Source of the DNA: an uncultured bacterium
GTDB taxonomy: Bacteria; Acidobacteriota; Vicinamibacteria; Vicinamibacterales; UBA8438
Assembly: GCA_963934795.1 (NCBI GenBank)
Contig: CAWWAF010000003.1
Location: 2,029 to 66,028, forward strand
Direction: 5' to 3'
DNA: 64,000 bases
In this document: positions 37,412 through 46,202 of the stretch, piece after piece
How the letters are laid out: every line of letters starts with the position of its first letter
Position numbering within the stretch: the first letter of the stretch is position 1
Made by a program: the position numbers and the translations under genes
The notes under the pieces: model-generated
What the model saw: the letters and a program-made list of their open reading frames with translations, nothing else
Databases searched by the model: none
What the model was told of the DNA's origin: nothing

Positions 37412-38548
37412 ATGCGCAATCGACTCGCGTTGTGTGGCGGCGGACTCACCGCGATCTGCCTGGCACTGGCACCGATGGCCGCCGGGCAAAGCGGCGACAT
37501 CCCGCGGACAGCGAGCGGGCGTCCCGACCTGTCTGGTACCTATGACGTGTCGACGTTGACGCCGCTGCAACGCCCGACCGATCTGGCGGACAAGCAATTC
37601 CTGACAAACGAAGAAGCGGCCGAGATTGCCGCACAGGAGCTGCAGCGGAACATCGACCGCCAGCGTGACAGCGCCCCCGATCGTGGTGCACCGCCGCAGG
37701 GCGGGGACGGATCGACCGGTGCCGCCGGCAATGTTGGCGGCTATAACAGCTTCTGGATCGATCGGGGAACCGAGGCGTTCCAGATCGATGGTCAATGGCG
37801 GACCTCAATCTTGATCGACCCACCGAACGGCCGAATGCCGGAACCGAGTGCAGAGCGAAGCGCCGCCCAAGCCGCCGCACGCGCGGCCCGTCGCGCGGCC
37901 GTCGGAGGGGGCGAGGCCCCGGTGTCTCGGCGGTTTCAGAACGACGGCACCGCCTATTGGCTCGAGGCGGGCCTGGACGGGCGTGGGCCATACGACAACA
38001 TGGAACAGCGGCCCTTCGCCGAGCGGTGCATCTTGTCGTTCAGTTCAACGGCTGGGCCGCCGATGATGCCGGCGCTCTACAACAACCACAAGCGAATCGT
38101 GCAGACCGAGGACACAGTGGTGATTCTCGTCGAAATGGTGCATGACGCGCGTGTGGTCAGGATGAATGCCGAGCACGATCCACCCGAGATCCAGAAATGG
38201 CTTGGTGATTCGATCGGGTGGTGGGAGGACGACACCCTGGTGGTTGAGACCACGAACTTCCGTGACACCCCGGCGTTTTCGCAGGGGTCGAAGGACATGA
38301 AGGTCACCGAGCGCTTTCGGATGGAGGGCGCGGACCAACTGGTGTATACGTTCACTGTCGAGGACCCGTCGGTCTGGAGCGCGCCCTTCACCGGCGAGTA
38401 TGCCTGGCCTCGCAGTGAGAACAAGGTGTTCGAGTACGCCTGTCACGAAGCGAATTACGCGCTGGAGGGCATCATGAAAGGCGCGCGGTTGCTTGAGGCC
38501 GACTTTCGGGGAGAAAGCCCGGAAGGGGTGGCCAACCCCACTCGATAG
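37412..38548 (+). CDS. secreted protein, 'EYACHEGN' paralogue family (P2)
   Basis: Strong RBS (AAGGAG) and a signal peptide. Blocks SGRPDLSGTY, TPLQRP, ERC, YNN, W.GDSIGWWEDDTLVVETTNF and FEYACHEANYALEGIMKGAR. Confidence 0.6.
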   Translation: MRNRLALCGGGLTAICLALAPMAAGQSGDIPRTASGRPDLSGTYDVSTLTPLQRPTDLADKQFLTNEEAAEIAAQELQRNIDRQRDSAPDRGAPPQGGDGSTGAAGNVGGYNSFWIDRGTEAFQIDGQWRTSILIDPPNGRMPEPSAERSAAQAAARAARRAAVGGGEAPVSRRFQNDGTAYWLEAGLDGRGPYDNMEQRPFAERCILSFSSTAGPPMMPALYNNHKRIVQTEDTVVILVEMVHDARVVRMNAEHDPPEIQKWLGDSIGWWEDDTLVVETTNFRDTPAFSQGSKDMKVTERFRMEGADQLVYTFTVEDPSVWSAPFTGEYAWPRSENKVFEYACHEANYALEGIMKGARLLEADFRGESPEGVANPTR

Positions 38549-38600
38549 CGTGAGACGCTGAGCCGGGTTCCGTTTGTTAACTTTTTTGGGAGAAGTCACG

Positions 38601-39053
38601 ATGCGACAGCAGACCTCGATGATGCTCAGGACCGGTGTGGCGGCACTCGCCCTTGCGGGTCTCGTAGTGGTGGCTGGTGTGCCGACTGCGGCGCACCACG
38701 CGTTCGGCGCCGAGTTCGATCCGAATCGTCCGGTTGTGCTCCGCGGGCCGGTGATCAAGGTCGAATGGGTGAATCCGCATACCTGGATTCACGTGGAAGT
38801 GACGGGCGATGACGGGACCAAGCAGGTGTGGATGGTCGAGGGCGGCACGCCGAACACGCTGCTGCGCCGCGGCCTGTCTCGCGATTCGATACCGATTGGC
38901 GCGATGCTCGTCGTCGATGGCTACCAGAGTAAGGACCGGAGCGCTCGAGCCAATGGGCGCGACGTGACATTTGAGGACGGTTCGAAGTTCTTCATGGGGT
39001 CGTCTGGAACCGGCGCGCCGCTTGACGGACGCGACGCGACCGAGCCCGAGTAG
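38601..39053 (+). CDS. small secreted protein, DUF6152-like
   Basis: A signal peptide ending ...AAHHAFGAEFD is followed by VIKVEWVNPHTWIHVEV. From memory this pattern matches DUF6152. Confidence 0.5.
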   Translation: MRQQTSMMLRTGVAALALAGLVVVAGVPTAAHHAFGAEFDPNRPVVLRGPVIKVEWVNPHTWIHVEVTGDDGTKQVWMVEGGTPNTLLRRGLSRDSIPIGAMLVVDGYQSKDRSARANGRDVTFEDGSKFFMGSSGTGAPLDGRDATEPE

Positions 39054-39102
39054 ACGCGGCCGGTCCACTCCCGCGGGGAGCGGCTGGTGCGCACGTTGAG
39101 AA

Positions 39103-39140
39103 GGCGCCTGGGGACTGCTGTCCCTGGGCGCATTTTTTTT
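39103..39140 (+). terminator. Rho-independent terminator
   Basis: GGCGCCTGGGGAC-TGCT-GTCCCTGGGCGC hairpin followed by a run of eight T, 50 nt after the stop at 39053. Confidence 0.65.
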
Positions 39141-39323
39141 GTCTTCAGGAGAGACGTCGGTGGCCCACAGGCGGAGCGCCGCGGTCGCTCTCCAAGAGAC
39201 GATCGGGGCCGTCAAGGTGACCGGGACGGTGCTGGTGTTGACCGCACCGGCCATGGCCCGGGTCGACACTTTCTGCACTGCGCGAGAGTACACACGTGCA
39301 GGCACGGGGGCACTGGGCCGCGG

Positions 39324-40115
39324 TCAGTCTCCGTCGACCGGGTGGGCGAGATCTGGTATCGGCGTCGCCGCGACCGTGGTGCGCTCGAGGAGCCAGACCA
39401 CGTTGACCGCGACCGGCGCGCCACGGGCTCTGGCCGGTTCGAAGCGGACGTCGGAGGCAAGCCGTGAGACCGCTCGTGTCAGCGCGGCATCTGGCACGCC
39501 GTCGTGTATCACGTGGACCGAGGCCAGCTGGCCCTCCCGGGTCACCACGGCCGTCAAGGCCAGGTTGGGGATGCCCAGCGGGCGGAGCGGCTGAATCAGC
39601 ATCGCCTTGGCTCGGGTGTCCGCCGCGACCCGCGGCAGCGTGACTCCGGCCACCAGCCAGAGTGGATTGGCATTCGAGCCGAGGGCCGTGGAGGTGCGCA
39701 TCAGCCCAGCCAGCGAACCGGGGTGTGTCGGCACGGCAAGACCCGCGAAGGCTGCCACTATCAGGGCGCCGGCGAGGGTGGCTGCCAGCGTGCCCCCGAT
39801 CATCCAGAGACGCTGCCGGTCATCGATCATGTCTTGAACCCGGTGGCGCCAACGGGTATCGGGTTGCATCGCCTTCCGGGCCATGACCTCTGGCGCCAAG
39901 CGTGCGAAGGCGGCTTCGTCAGGTCGGTGCTCTGCGGCGCCCTGGCGGAGTGCGGTGCCCAGCGACGTGAGGTCGTCGCGTACCCCGCGGCAGCGGGCGC
40001 AGCTCGTCAAATGGGCGTCCAGCAGCACGTGACGCCGGACCGACAGCTCGCCGTCATGAGCCGCCGTCAGCCAGGTGCGAACGGTGCGGCATCCCGGTGA
40101 GGTCAGCGGCGTCAT
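39324..40115 (-). CDS. anti-sigma factor (zf-HC2) with C-terminal TonB-C-like domain
   Basis: N-terminal CRTVRTWLTAAHDGEL...HLTSCARC (HC2 zinc finger), a central TM helix, and a C-terminal VVTREGQLASVHVIHDGVPDAALTRAVSRLASDVRFEPARARGAPV. Its ATG overlaps the sigma-factor stop (ATGA). Confidence 0.75.
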   Translation of the reverse strand: MTPLTSPGCRTVRTWLTAAHDGELSVRRHVLLDAHLTSCARCRGVRDDLTSLGTALRQGAAEHRPDEAAFARLAPEVMARKAMQPDTRWRHRVQDMIDDRQRLWMIGGTLAATLAGALIVAAFAGLAVPTHPGSLAGLMRTSTALGSNANPLWLVAGVTLPRVAADTRAKAMLIQPLRPLGIPNLALTAVVTREGQLASVHVIHDGVPDAALTRAVSRLASDVRFEPARARGAPVAVNVVWLLERTTVAATPIPDLAHPVDGD

Positions 40116-40711
40116 TGTGGTTGCAACTCCGTTCGCAACGTGTGGCGCGCGCGCGCCAGACGTAATTTGACCGCGGCGTTGGAGACGCCGAGGGAAAACG
40201 CAATCTCCGCGTAGCGCATACCATGCAGTTCACGCAGGACGACGGCTGAGCGCTGGTCGAATGGCAGCCGGTTGAGTGCCCGCCACACGCGCTCTCCCAA
40301 CTGTTTCTGGTCGAGTGCACGGTCCGGAGAAGTTGGTCCGAGTGGCGCCGGCAACTCTCCCCATTCTTCGATGAGGGCATCGAGCGATACCTGGTCGGCT
40401 CGACACCGTCGTCTCCACCAGCGCTGGCGGTTCCGCGCGTGGTTGATGACGATCCGGTAAATTCAGGTTTGTAGCGCCGAGTCACCCCGGAACCGGTGGA
40501 TGGATCGAAAGACGGTCAGGAAGACATCTTGCGAGAGGTCCAGGGCGTCGTCGTGATTGCTCAATAGCTGGAGCGCCAGGTGGTAGACCATCCGCTGGTG
40601 CGTGTCGACCACGTCTTGACACGATTGCGCGTCGCCGGACGCGCACCGTTCCGCGATGTCGCTTTCGGAGTCCGCGGTCTCAGACCAATCGATCGCGCGA
40701 GCTGGTTTCAC
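40112..40711 (-). pseudogene. ECF-type RNA polymerase sigma-70 factor with in-frame TGA at 40463..40465
   Basis: ORFs 40463..40711 (region 2: ...DLSQDVFLTVFRSIHRFRGDSALQT) and 40112..40354 (region 4: ...FDQRSAVVLRELHGMRYAEIAFSLGVSNAAVKLRLARAR) are in one frame. Read-through gives ALQT-*-IYRIVINHARN, where ECF sigmas have the conserved TW(L/I)YRI. Confidence 0.7.
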
Positions 40712-40917
40712 ACCTGCCTCCTGTCGGCCGTCACGTCGAGTATCCCTCGAAATGTCCCAGGTCCCTGTCTTCAGTTGGACACCGCATCCGGCAAAAAGTA
40801 GCGGCGGCGAGATTGAACCGACCTCGTCAGGGTTGTAGGATCAGCTGATCCATGCAGGCACCGAGCGGCAGCAAGGCGTGATGATCGCGCAATCAGGCCG
40901 TAATCAGGGAGATAGCG

Positions 40918-41913
40918 ATGCGTCGTCAAGTGTGTAGGACGGTTGGTCTCGTCGGGCTGGGCGTCATGCTGGTCGCCGGCCACAGCGCCGCGCAGTCGGG
41001 GGCGGCTGCGCACCGGACGCCGCACGGCGACCCCGATATTCAGGGGATCTTTACGTTTCGGACCATTACTCCCCTCGAACGTCCGGAGAACCTCGGTGAC
41101 AAGGCGACGCTATCGGCTGAGGAGGCCGCCGCATTCGAGGCGGCGGAACGGACGCGGTTGAATCGCGATCTGTTTGACCCCGAGTCCGGTGCCCCAAGCG
41201 CGGGGTATCAATCCCGCGCGGAGGGCGGCGTGCTGTCGTATAACGAGTTCTGGTACGAGCGCGGCATCGAACTGACCAGTGACAAACGAACGTCATTGAT
41301 TACCGATCCCCCGAACGGCCGGTTGCCCTGGACAGACCAGGCTCGTGCCGCGAACGGCGTCAACCGCCTGAATCTGAGGAACGGTTTTGCTGATACGTAC
41401 ACGGACCGCAGTCTGTCGGACCGGTGCCTCATGGGGTTCAATTCAGGCCCCCCGATGAGTGCCGGCGCCTACAACAACAACGTCCTGATTCTGCAGACCC
41501 CGACGCAGGTCGTCCTCGTCAACGAGATGGTGCACAACACGCGCATCATCCCGCTTGATGGCAGCGATCACGGCACGGTGCGTCGCTGGGCAGGTGACTC
41601 GCGTGGACGCTGGGACGGGGAGACGCTCGTCGTGGAGACGAGGAACTTCCTTCGGGACACGGCGGCACGCGGGTCGTCGCGGGACTCGCATCTCGTAGAG
41701 CGCTTTCGCCGGGTCGACGACGACACCGTCCTGTATGAGTTCACGTTCAAAGATCCGAATTCCTTCACCGAGCCCTGGACGGCAGCCATGCCGCTGCGAC
41801 GGACGGATGGACCACTCTTCGAGTATGCCTGCCACGAAGGCAACATCGGCATGCACGGCATCATGGCCGGCGCCCGGAAACTCGATACGCAAGCAGTCGA
41901 GGGCGGGCGCTAG
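40918..41913 (+). CDS. secreted protein, 'EYACHEGN' paralogue family (P3)
   Basis: RBS GGGAGA and a signal peptide. Blocks HGDPDIQGIF, TPLERP, DRC, YNNN, WAGDSRGRWDGETLVVETRNF and FEYACHEGNIGMHGIMAGAR. Confidence 0.6.
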   Translation: MRRQVCRTVGLVGLGVMLVAGHSAAQSGAAAHRTPHGDPDIQGIFTFRTITPLERPENLGDKATLSAEEAAAFEAAERTRLNRDLFDPESGAPSAGYQSRAEGGVLSYNEFWYERGIELTSDKRTSLITDPPNGRLPWTDQARAANGVNRLNLRNGFADTYTDRSLSDRCLMGFNSGPPMSAGAYNNNVLILQTPTQVVLVNEMVHNTRIIPLDGSDHGTVRRWAGDSRGRWDGETLVVETRNFLRDTAARGSSRDSHLVERFRRVDDDTVLYEFTFKDPNSFTEPWTAAMPLRRTDGPLFEYACHEGNIGMHGIMAGARKLDTQAVEGGR

Positions 41914-41922
41914 CCACTTCCC

Positions 41923-43077
41923 ATGTCGGCGTTCACGGATTTTCTTGGCACGCGTGCGCAAGAATTGTTGGGAACGGATCTCGCCCAGGTCCGGTTCACC
42001 GACATCGGCATGACGTATCTGCTGTCGATGGCGGTGGCGCTCGTCGTGCTGCTGTCCGTGCTACGCCTGTGGCTGACATCGCGGCGGCACCACCGGCAGC
42101 ACTCGGGCTACGAGATCGAGCCTCGGTTTCGACGGGGCGTGTGGAGCCAGGCGCTCTACAACGTACCGAAGCTGCTTCTCGGGCTCGCTCTCGCCGCGAT
42201 GCTGGTGGCCATGTCAGACCCCTACCTGACGGCGACCGAAGAGGTCGCTGGCGACATGGACTCGCGCATCCGTATCGACTTGGTCGATACCTCGCTGTCT
42301 ATGGCGTGGGAGTTCCCCGGCAGCGGGAAGTCGCGCGCCCAGGTGGCTCGCGAGGCGCACCTCGAATTTTTGGAAATGCGGCGCGACAAGAACGATCGGG
42401 TGGCCCTGTGGCTGTTCTCGTCGTTCCCGTACATGGTCGATGACTTTGTCATCGACGACGAGCTGTACTTCTTTCAGGTCCTGGACGCCCCCTACGCCAT
42501 CGTCCGTATCCTGGCCGCGCAATCAGGGACCCCAATCGACCAGATGTTCGTGCCGCGAGACAAGGTGCGCATCATTGACAGCGAAGGCAACACCAATATC
42601 ATCCGGGCGTTGCAATCGGTGTTGCGGCACTTTGACCGCGATGTCGCCACCCTGGGGAGTGGCAGCACGCCGCATCGCGCTGTGCTCATCGTGACCGACG
42701 CGGATGTCGACGAGATTCCGGAACAGGAGTTCGCCGAACTCAGCCGTCGGAACATTGTGCCGTACATGATTTTCATCAACGCCGACGAGCCGAGGCCGGG
42801 AATCCAGCGGCAGGCCAGTCCGCCCGTGGGGAATACCCAGGGGTTAATCGACACGATCCGCGAGTTTGGCGGCGACTACTTTGACGTGACCGATTCCGAC
42901 GGGTTGCAACGTGCCTACGAGGCGATCGATGAGGCGGAAACGGTGCAGGTCCAACTTTCACACCGGGCCGTCAAGGTGCCTATTTACCCGCGATTCCTGC
43001 TGATCAGCATGGCCCTGCTCGTGGTCGGGATTCCCGCAGGGTTCGTCGCCGAACTCATCGGCGGAACACAGCCCTAG
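41923..43077 (+). CDS. membrane-anchored VWA domain protein (BatA-like)
   Basis: N- and C-terminal TM helices. MIDAS motif DLVDTSLSM. 384 aa. Confidence 0.7.
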   Translation: MSAFTDFLGTRAQELLGTDLAQVRFTDIGMTYLLSMAVALVVLLSVLRLWLTSRRHHRQHSGYEIEPRFRRGVWSQALYNVPKLLLGLALAAMLVAMSDPYLTATEEVAGDMDSRIRIDLVDTSLSMAWEFPGSGKSRAQVAREAHLEFLEMRRDKNDRVALWLFSSFPYMVDDFVIDDELYFFQVLDAPYAIVRILAAQSGTPIDQMFVPRDKVRIIDSEGNTNIIRALQSVLRHFDRDVATLGSGSTPHRAVLIVTDADVDEIPEQEFAELSRRNIVPYMIFINADEPRPGIQRQASPPVGNTQGLIDTIREFGGDYFDVTDSDGLQRAYEAIDEAETVQVQLSHRAVKVPIYPRFLLISMALLVVGIPAGFVAELIGGTQP

Positions 43078-43127
43078 CACCGGCACCGTGTCACGCAAAA
43101 CGCCCGTTCCGGGTCCGTACGAGCGAA

Positions 43128-43161
43128 GGGCGGCACGTGCGACGTGCCGCCCTTGTTCTCT
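43128..43161 (+). terminator. Rho-independent terminator candidate
   Basis: Perfect 10-bp stem GGGCGGCACG-TGCGA-CGTGCCGCCC followed by TTGTTCTCT. It lies between convergent genes. Confidence 0.55.
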
Positions 43162-43187
43162 ATCTGCGGTTGCCGGATCGAGATGGG

Positions 43188-43895
43188 CTACTCGTCGTTG
43201 GTTGACTCGTACTGCGCTTCGATCGGCATGAGCACCGCCTTGATGGCGGCGGCCCAGATGGCGTTCCCCTTGTCGTTCAGGTGCAGGCCGTCGTCCACGA
43301 AGACGTCGTCCATCACTGTGCCGTCAGACTTCAGGAACGGGGCCGCCACATCGATGTAGTGGAGCCGGCTGTCGCTGTCGACGATGTCCTGGTAGAGCGC
43401 GCTGGTCGCCTGCGCTCTGTCCCACACCGAGACGCGAGCCAGGCTCGGTTTTACCGACAGGACATAGATGCGCGTGTCGGGTAGTGCCGCGTGAATCTTC
43501 GTGATGATCTGCTTCAATTCGCCCGCGACCGTTTCAGGCTCCATCCCGCCGAACGAGTCGTTGTCTCCCTCGTAGATGGCGACTGCACGCGGCTTGTAGG
43601 GCAGGACGAGTCGGTCAATGTGCTGGAGGACGTCGGACATCTTGCTGCCGCCGAAGCCCCGCGGCACCACTGTGAGCGGCGCCAGGTCGGCCTCCATGGT
43701 CCGCCACCGGGCAAAGCTTGAACTCCCCGTGAGCACGATGGCCCCTGCCGGCCGAGTGGGCGCGTCGGCGTCGAACGCCAGCATGGCCTCTTCCCATCGA
43801 TCCGGATTGGCCGCCGTGGTCTGCGCGGTTGCCGGCGTGACCAGCGACAGGGCGAGCAAGAGCGCCGCCGAGACGGACGCGTATCGAGCTTTCAT
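43188..43895 (-). CDS. SGNH/GDSL-type hydrolase (secreted)
   Basis: Signal peptide. Block I-like IVLTGSSSFARW and block V DGLHLNDKG. Confidence 0.7.
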   Translation of the reverse strand: MKARYASVSAALLLALSLVTPATAQTTAANPDRWEEAMLAFDADAPTRPAGAIVLTGSSSFARWRTMEADLAPLTVVPRGFGGSKMSDVLQHIDRLVLPYKPRAVAIYEGDNDSFGGMEPETVAGELKQIITKIHAALPDTRIYVLSVKPSLARVSVWDRAQATSALYQDIVDSDSRLHYIDVAAPFLKSDGTVMDDVFVDDGLHLNDKGNAIWAAAIKAVLMPIEAQYESTNDE

Positions 43896-43980
43896 CTAAA
43901 CCTCCAAGGGTGATCGTTGGGCGAGTACGGACGCCGGCATTATACGGGCGATCCGCCGTCGGTGCGCCTCAGAACCAGCG

Positions 43981-45390
43981 TTAGTAGTCGTTCTGGTCCA
44001 TCGACACCCGGATGATTTCCTCGTCGTTCCGCAATACCAGGTGGCGGTTGGCGAACGCCGGGTGCGACCAGACCACGAGGCGGTCGCTCTGGCCATGGGT
44101 GGCGCGACCGCGCGAGCCGGCCCTGGCCCCGCCGTACCCGGACCGCGAGGTGGGATTCATCAGGTGGGTTCGGTCCAGCTCGACATATCCCTCCGTGTTG
44201 AACTGCGCGATGATCAGATCGCCGTTCTCGTTGTAGACGAAATAGCGGTCTTCGTGCTGGATGAAATACGCTGACCCCCACCGATTTCTCGTGGTCAGTC
44301 CTTCCGCTTCCCACAGCCGTTCGCCGGTCTCGGCCAGCAGGCCGCGCACCTGTCCATGGCTGCCGATGCCATAGATGTAGTCGCCGACGATGAGCGGCGT
44401 CGTCATCACCGAGTGAAGCCCCGTGCTTTCAGCCACCTCGACGTCACCCACCGAGACCCGGTTGTTCTCGCCGCGCCAGATGGCGGTCGCGTCCGGTCGG
44501 TCCTGGTCGAGCCGCATCATCAGCGACCCGCTGTAGAACCCGGATACAAATAGATAGGGTCCGCTGTGGACCGCGTCGGCCACCGTCATGTTGGCTCGGC
44601 CCCGGAACTCTTCTTCCCAGTACAACTCACCGGTTTCGGGGTCGAGCGAGGAGAGTCCTCGCGGGTGCCAGACGATCAGCTGTTTGGCCCCGCCAGCCTC
44701 AATGATGCTGGGCTGGTGATACCCCATCTCCGTGCGGCTCTCGATGGCCCGCCACACCTCGTCACCGGTGTGCTTGTCGAAGGCCATCACCAGCGCGTCC
44801 GGTTCGCCGCCTACCAGCAGGATGACGCGGTCGCCGTCGATTAACGGGGCACTCGACGTTCCCCAGACCGGAATGTTGGTGTCGTACTCGGCGACCGTAT
44901 CTTTCTCCCAGATCACCGCACCGGTTTCGACATTCAGGCACAGCACGAGCCCAGTCGACCCCACGACATACACGCGGTCTCCGTCCACCGTGGGACTGGC
45001 GCGGGGGCCGGTCGCGTATGTGAACATCAGCATCCGGTAGGTGGTGGGCCACTCGTGGCTCCACAGCACCTCTCCCGTCTCTTCGTCGAGCGCGAGGACA
45101 CGTTCGGTCCCGTCCATCGTTCGCGGTTCGGTCTCCACATAGTCGAGCACGAACACGCGGCCATCGGCGACGGAGGGCCCTGAATAGCCGCCGTTCACCG
45201 GGACGCGCCACTTCACGGTCAAGCCTTCGTCTGGAAACTCCTCGAGGATCCCGGTCTCGGTCCACAGTCCCAGACGCTCGGTGCCGCGCCATTGAGGCCA
45301 GTCCTTTGCGGACAGCGTGGGGACGGCTGCGGTCGCCGCGGTGAAGAGGCCGACGAGCGCGATGAGCGCGATGCGATGTGCTGGCTGCAT
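43981..45390 (-). CDS. PQQ-like beta-propeller repeat protein (BamB-like fold, secreted)
   Basis: Signal peptide followed by KDWPQWRGTERLG. Repeated blades of the pattern ...DG.V(Y/F)V.... 469 aa. Confidence 0.75.
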   Translation of the reverse strand: MQPAHRIALIALVGLFTAATAAVPTLSAKDWPQWRGTERLGLWTETGILEEFPDEGLTVKWRVPVNGGYSGPSVADGRVFVLDYVETEPRTMDGTERVLALDEETGEVLWSHEWPTTYRMLMFTYATGPRASPTVDGDRVYVVGSTGLVLCLNVETGAVIWEKDTVAEYDTNIPVWGTSSAPLIDGDRVILLVGGEPDALVMAFDKHTGDEVWRAIESRTEMGYHQPSIIEAGGAKQLIVWHPRGLSSLDPETGELYWEEEFRGRANMTVADAVHSGPYLFVSGFYSGSLMMRLDQDRPDATAIWRGENNRVSVGDVEVAESTGLHSVMTTPLIVGDYIYGIGSHGQVRGLLAETGERLWEAEGLTTRNRWGSAYFIQHEDRYFVYNENGDLIIAQFNTEGYVELDRTHLMNPTSRSGYGGARAGSRGRATHGQSDRLVVWSHPAFANRHLVLRNDEEIIRVSMDQNDY

Positions 45391-45580
45391 AGTCGTGACC
45401 CAGTGTGAAGGAGGAACTTATTGTCCGAGGTAGTCGGCGTTGCTAACCGGCTTGCCGTCCATTGGACTCCACAGGAACGCGGCGACGCCGAGCGCCAGCG
45501 CGACGCGCAACCCCGTCGTGACGTGTCTTGTCATGGAGCCATCCTATCCCCGTCGGGGCACCTCCGCAATGCGCCGGGCA

Positions 45581-46060
45581 TCACTCGGACGGCCCCGCGT
45601 CCGGCGCGAACAGATCCTCCATGATGCGATACCTCGCCGCGTTCATCCCCAACTGTTCGTAGGTGGTCTGTGCCACACGGTTGTCAGCATCGACGTAGAG
45701 ACGCAGGCCCACTACACCCGGGTCGGCTCGCGCGAGCGTCTTCAGGTGGTCGTGGAGCATCCTGAAGACGCCACGGCGACGATGGTCTCGTCTGACATAG
45801 ACGCTCTGGATCCACCAGACGTCACCGTTTCGCCAGTCGCTCCACTCACGCGTATGCATGATCTGGCCGACAATCTCCTGCCCAGCGCATGCCACGTAAT
45901 ACCGGCCGCGGGAGGCGTTGGTGAGGAGGGCCTCGACCCCGAGGGTTACCAGGTCGCGGTCGAGTGACCTGGCCTCGGTCTCAGCCGCGATCCGCAGATT
46001 GAAGTCGGCGACGGTCGCTGCGTCCGTGGGGGTGGCGAGTCTGATGACGAACGGGGGCAT
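45581..46060 (-). CDS. GNAT family N-acetyltransferase
   Basis: 159 aa. Acetyl-CoA binding region VYVRRDHRRRGVFRMLHDHL (R/Q-x-x-G-x-G/A-like). Confidence 0.8.
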   Translation of the reverse strand: MPPFVIRLATPTDAATVADFNLRIAAETEARSLDRDLVTLGVEALLTNASRGRYYVACAGQEIVGQIMHTREWSDWRNGDVWWIQSVYVRRDHRRRGVFRMLHDHLKTLARADPGVVGLRLYVDADNRVAQTTYEQLGMNAARYRIMEDLFAPDAGPSE

Positions 46061-46202
46061 GCGGTCTCATCTCCTTCACGGCCGATCACGGCTGAGTTCG
46101 GCCCACCATAGCGGAATCGCAAAAGGGACACGAAGCGTCGTCTCGTGTGGGTGAGGATGCGGATCGAAGGCGGCAGCGGCGCTCCGCGACGAGCCGTCGT
46201 GC

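Noticed and set aside
40712-40917. Promoter motifs in the sigma/P3 divergent intergenic region (TTGAAC-N17-TAGGAT at 40813..40841 on the plus strand; GGGAC-N15-CGAC on the minus strand)
   Set aside because: The matches are weak and promoter consensus for this lineage is unknown. They are mentioned in the findings but not reported as features.
45418-45534. 38-aa minus-strand ORF (MTRHVTTGLRVALALGVAAFLWSPMDGKPVSNADYLGQ) between the GNAT and propeller genes
   Set aside because: It could be a small membrane protein, but it has no clear RBS, is too short to assess by composition, and cannot be checked for conservation here.
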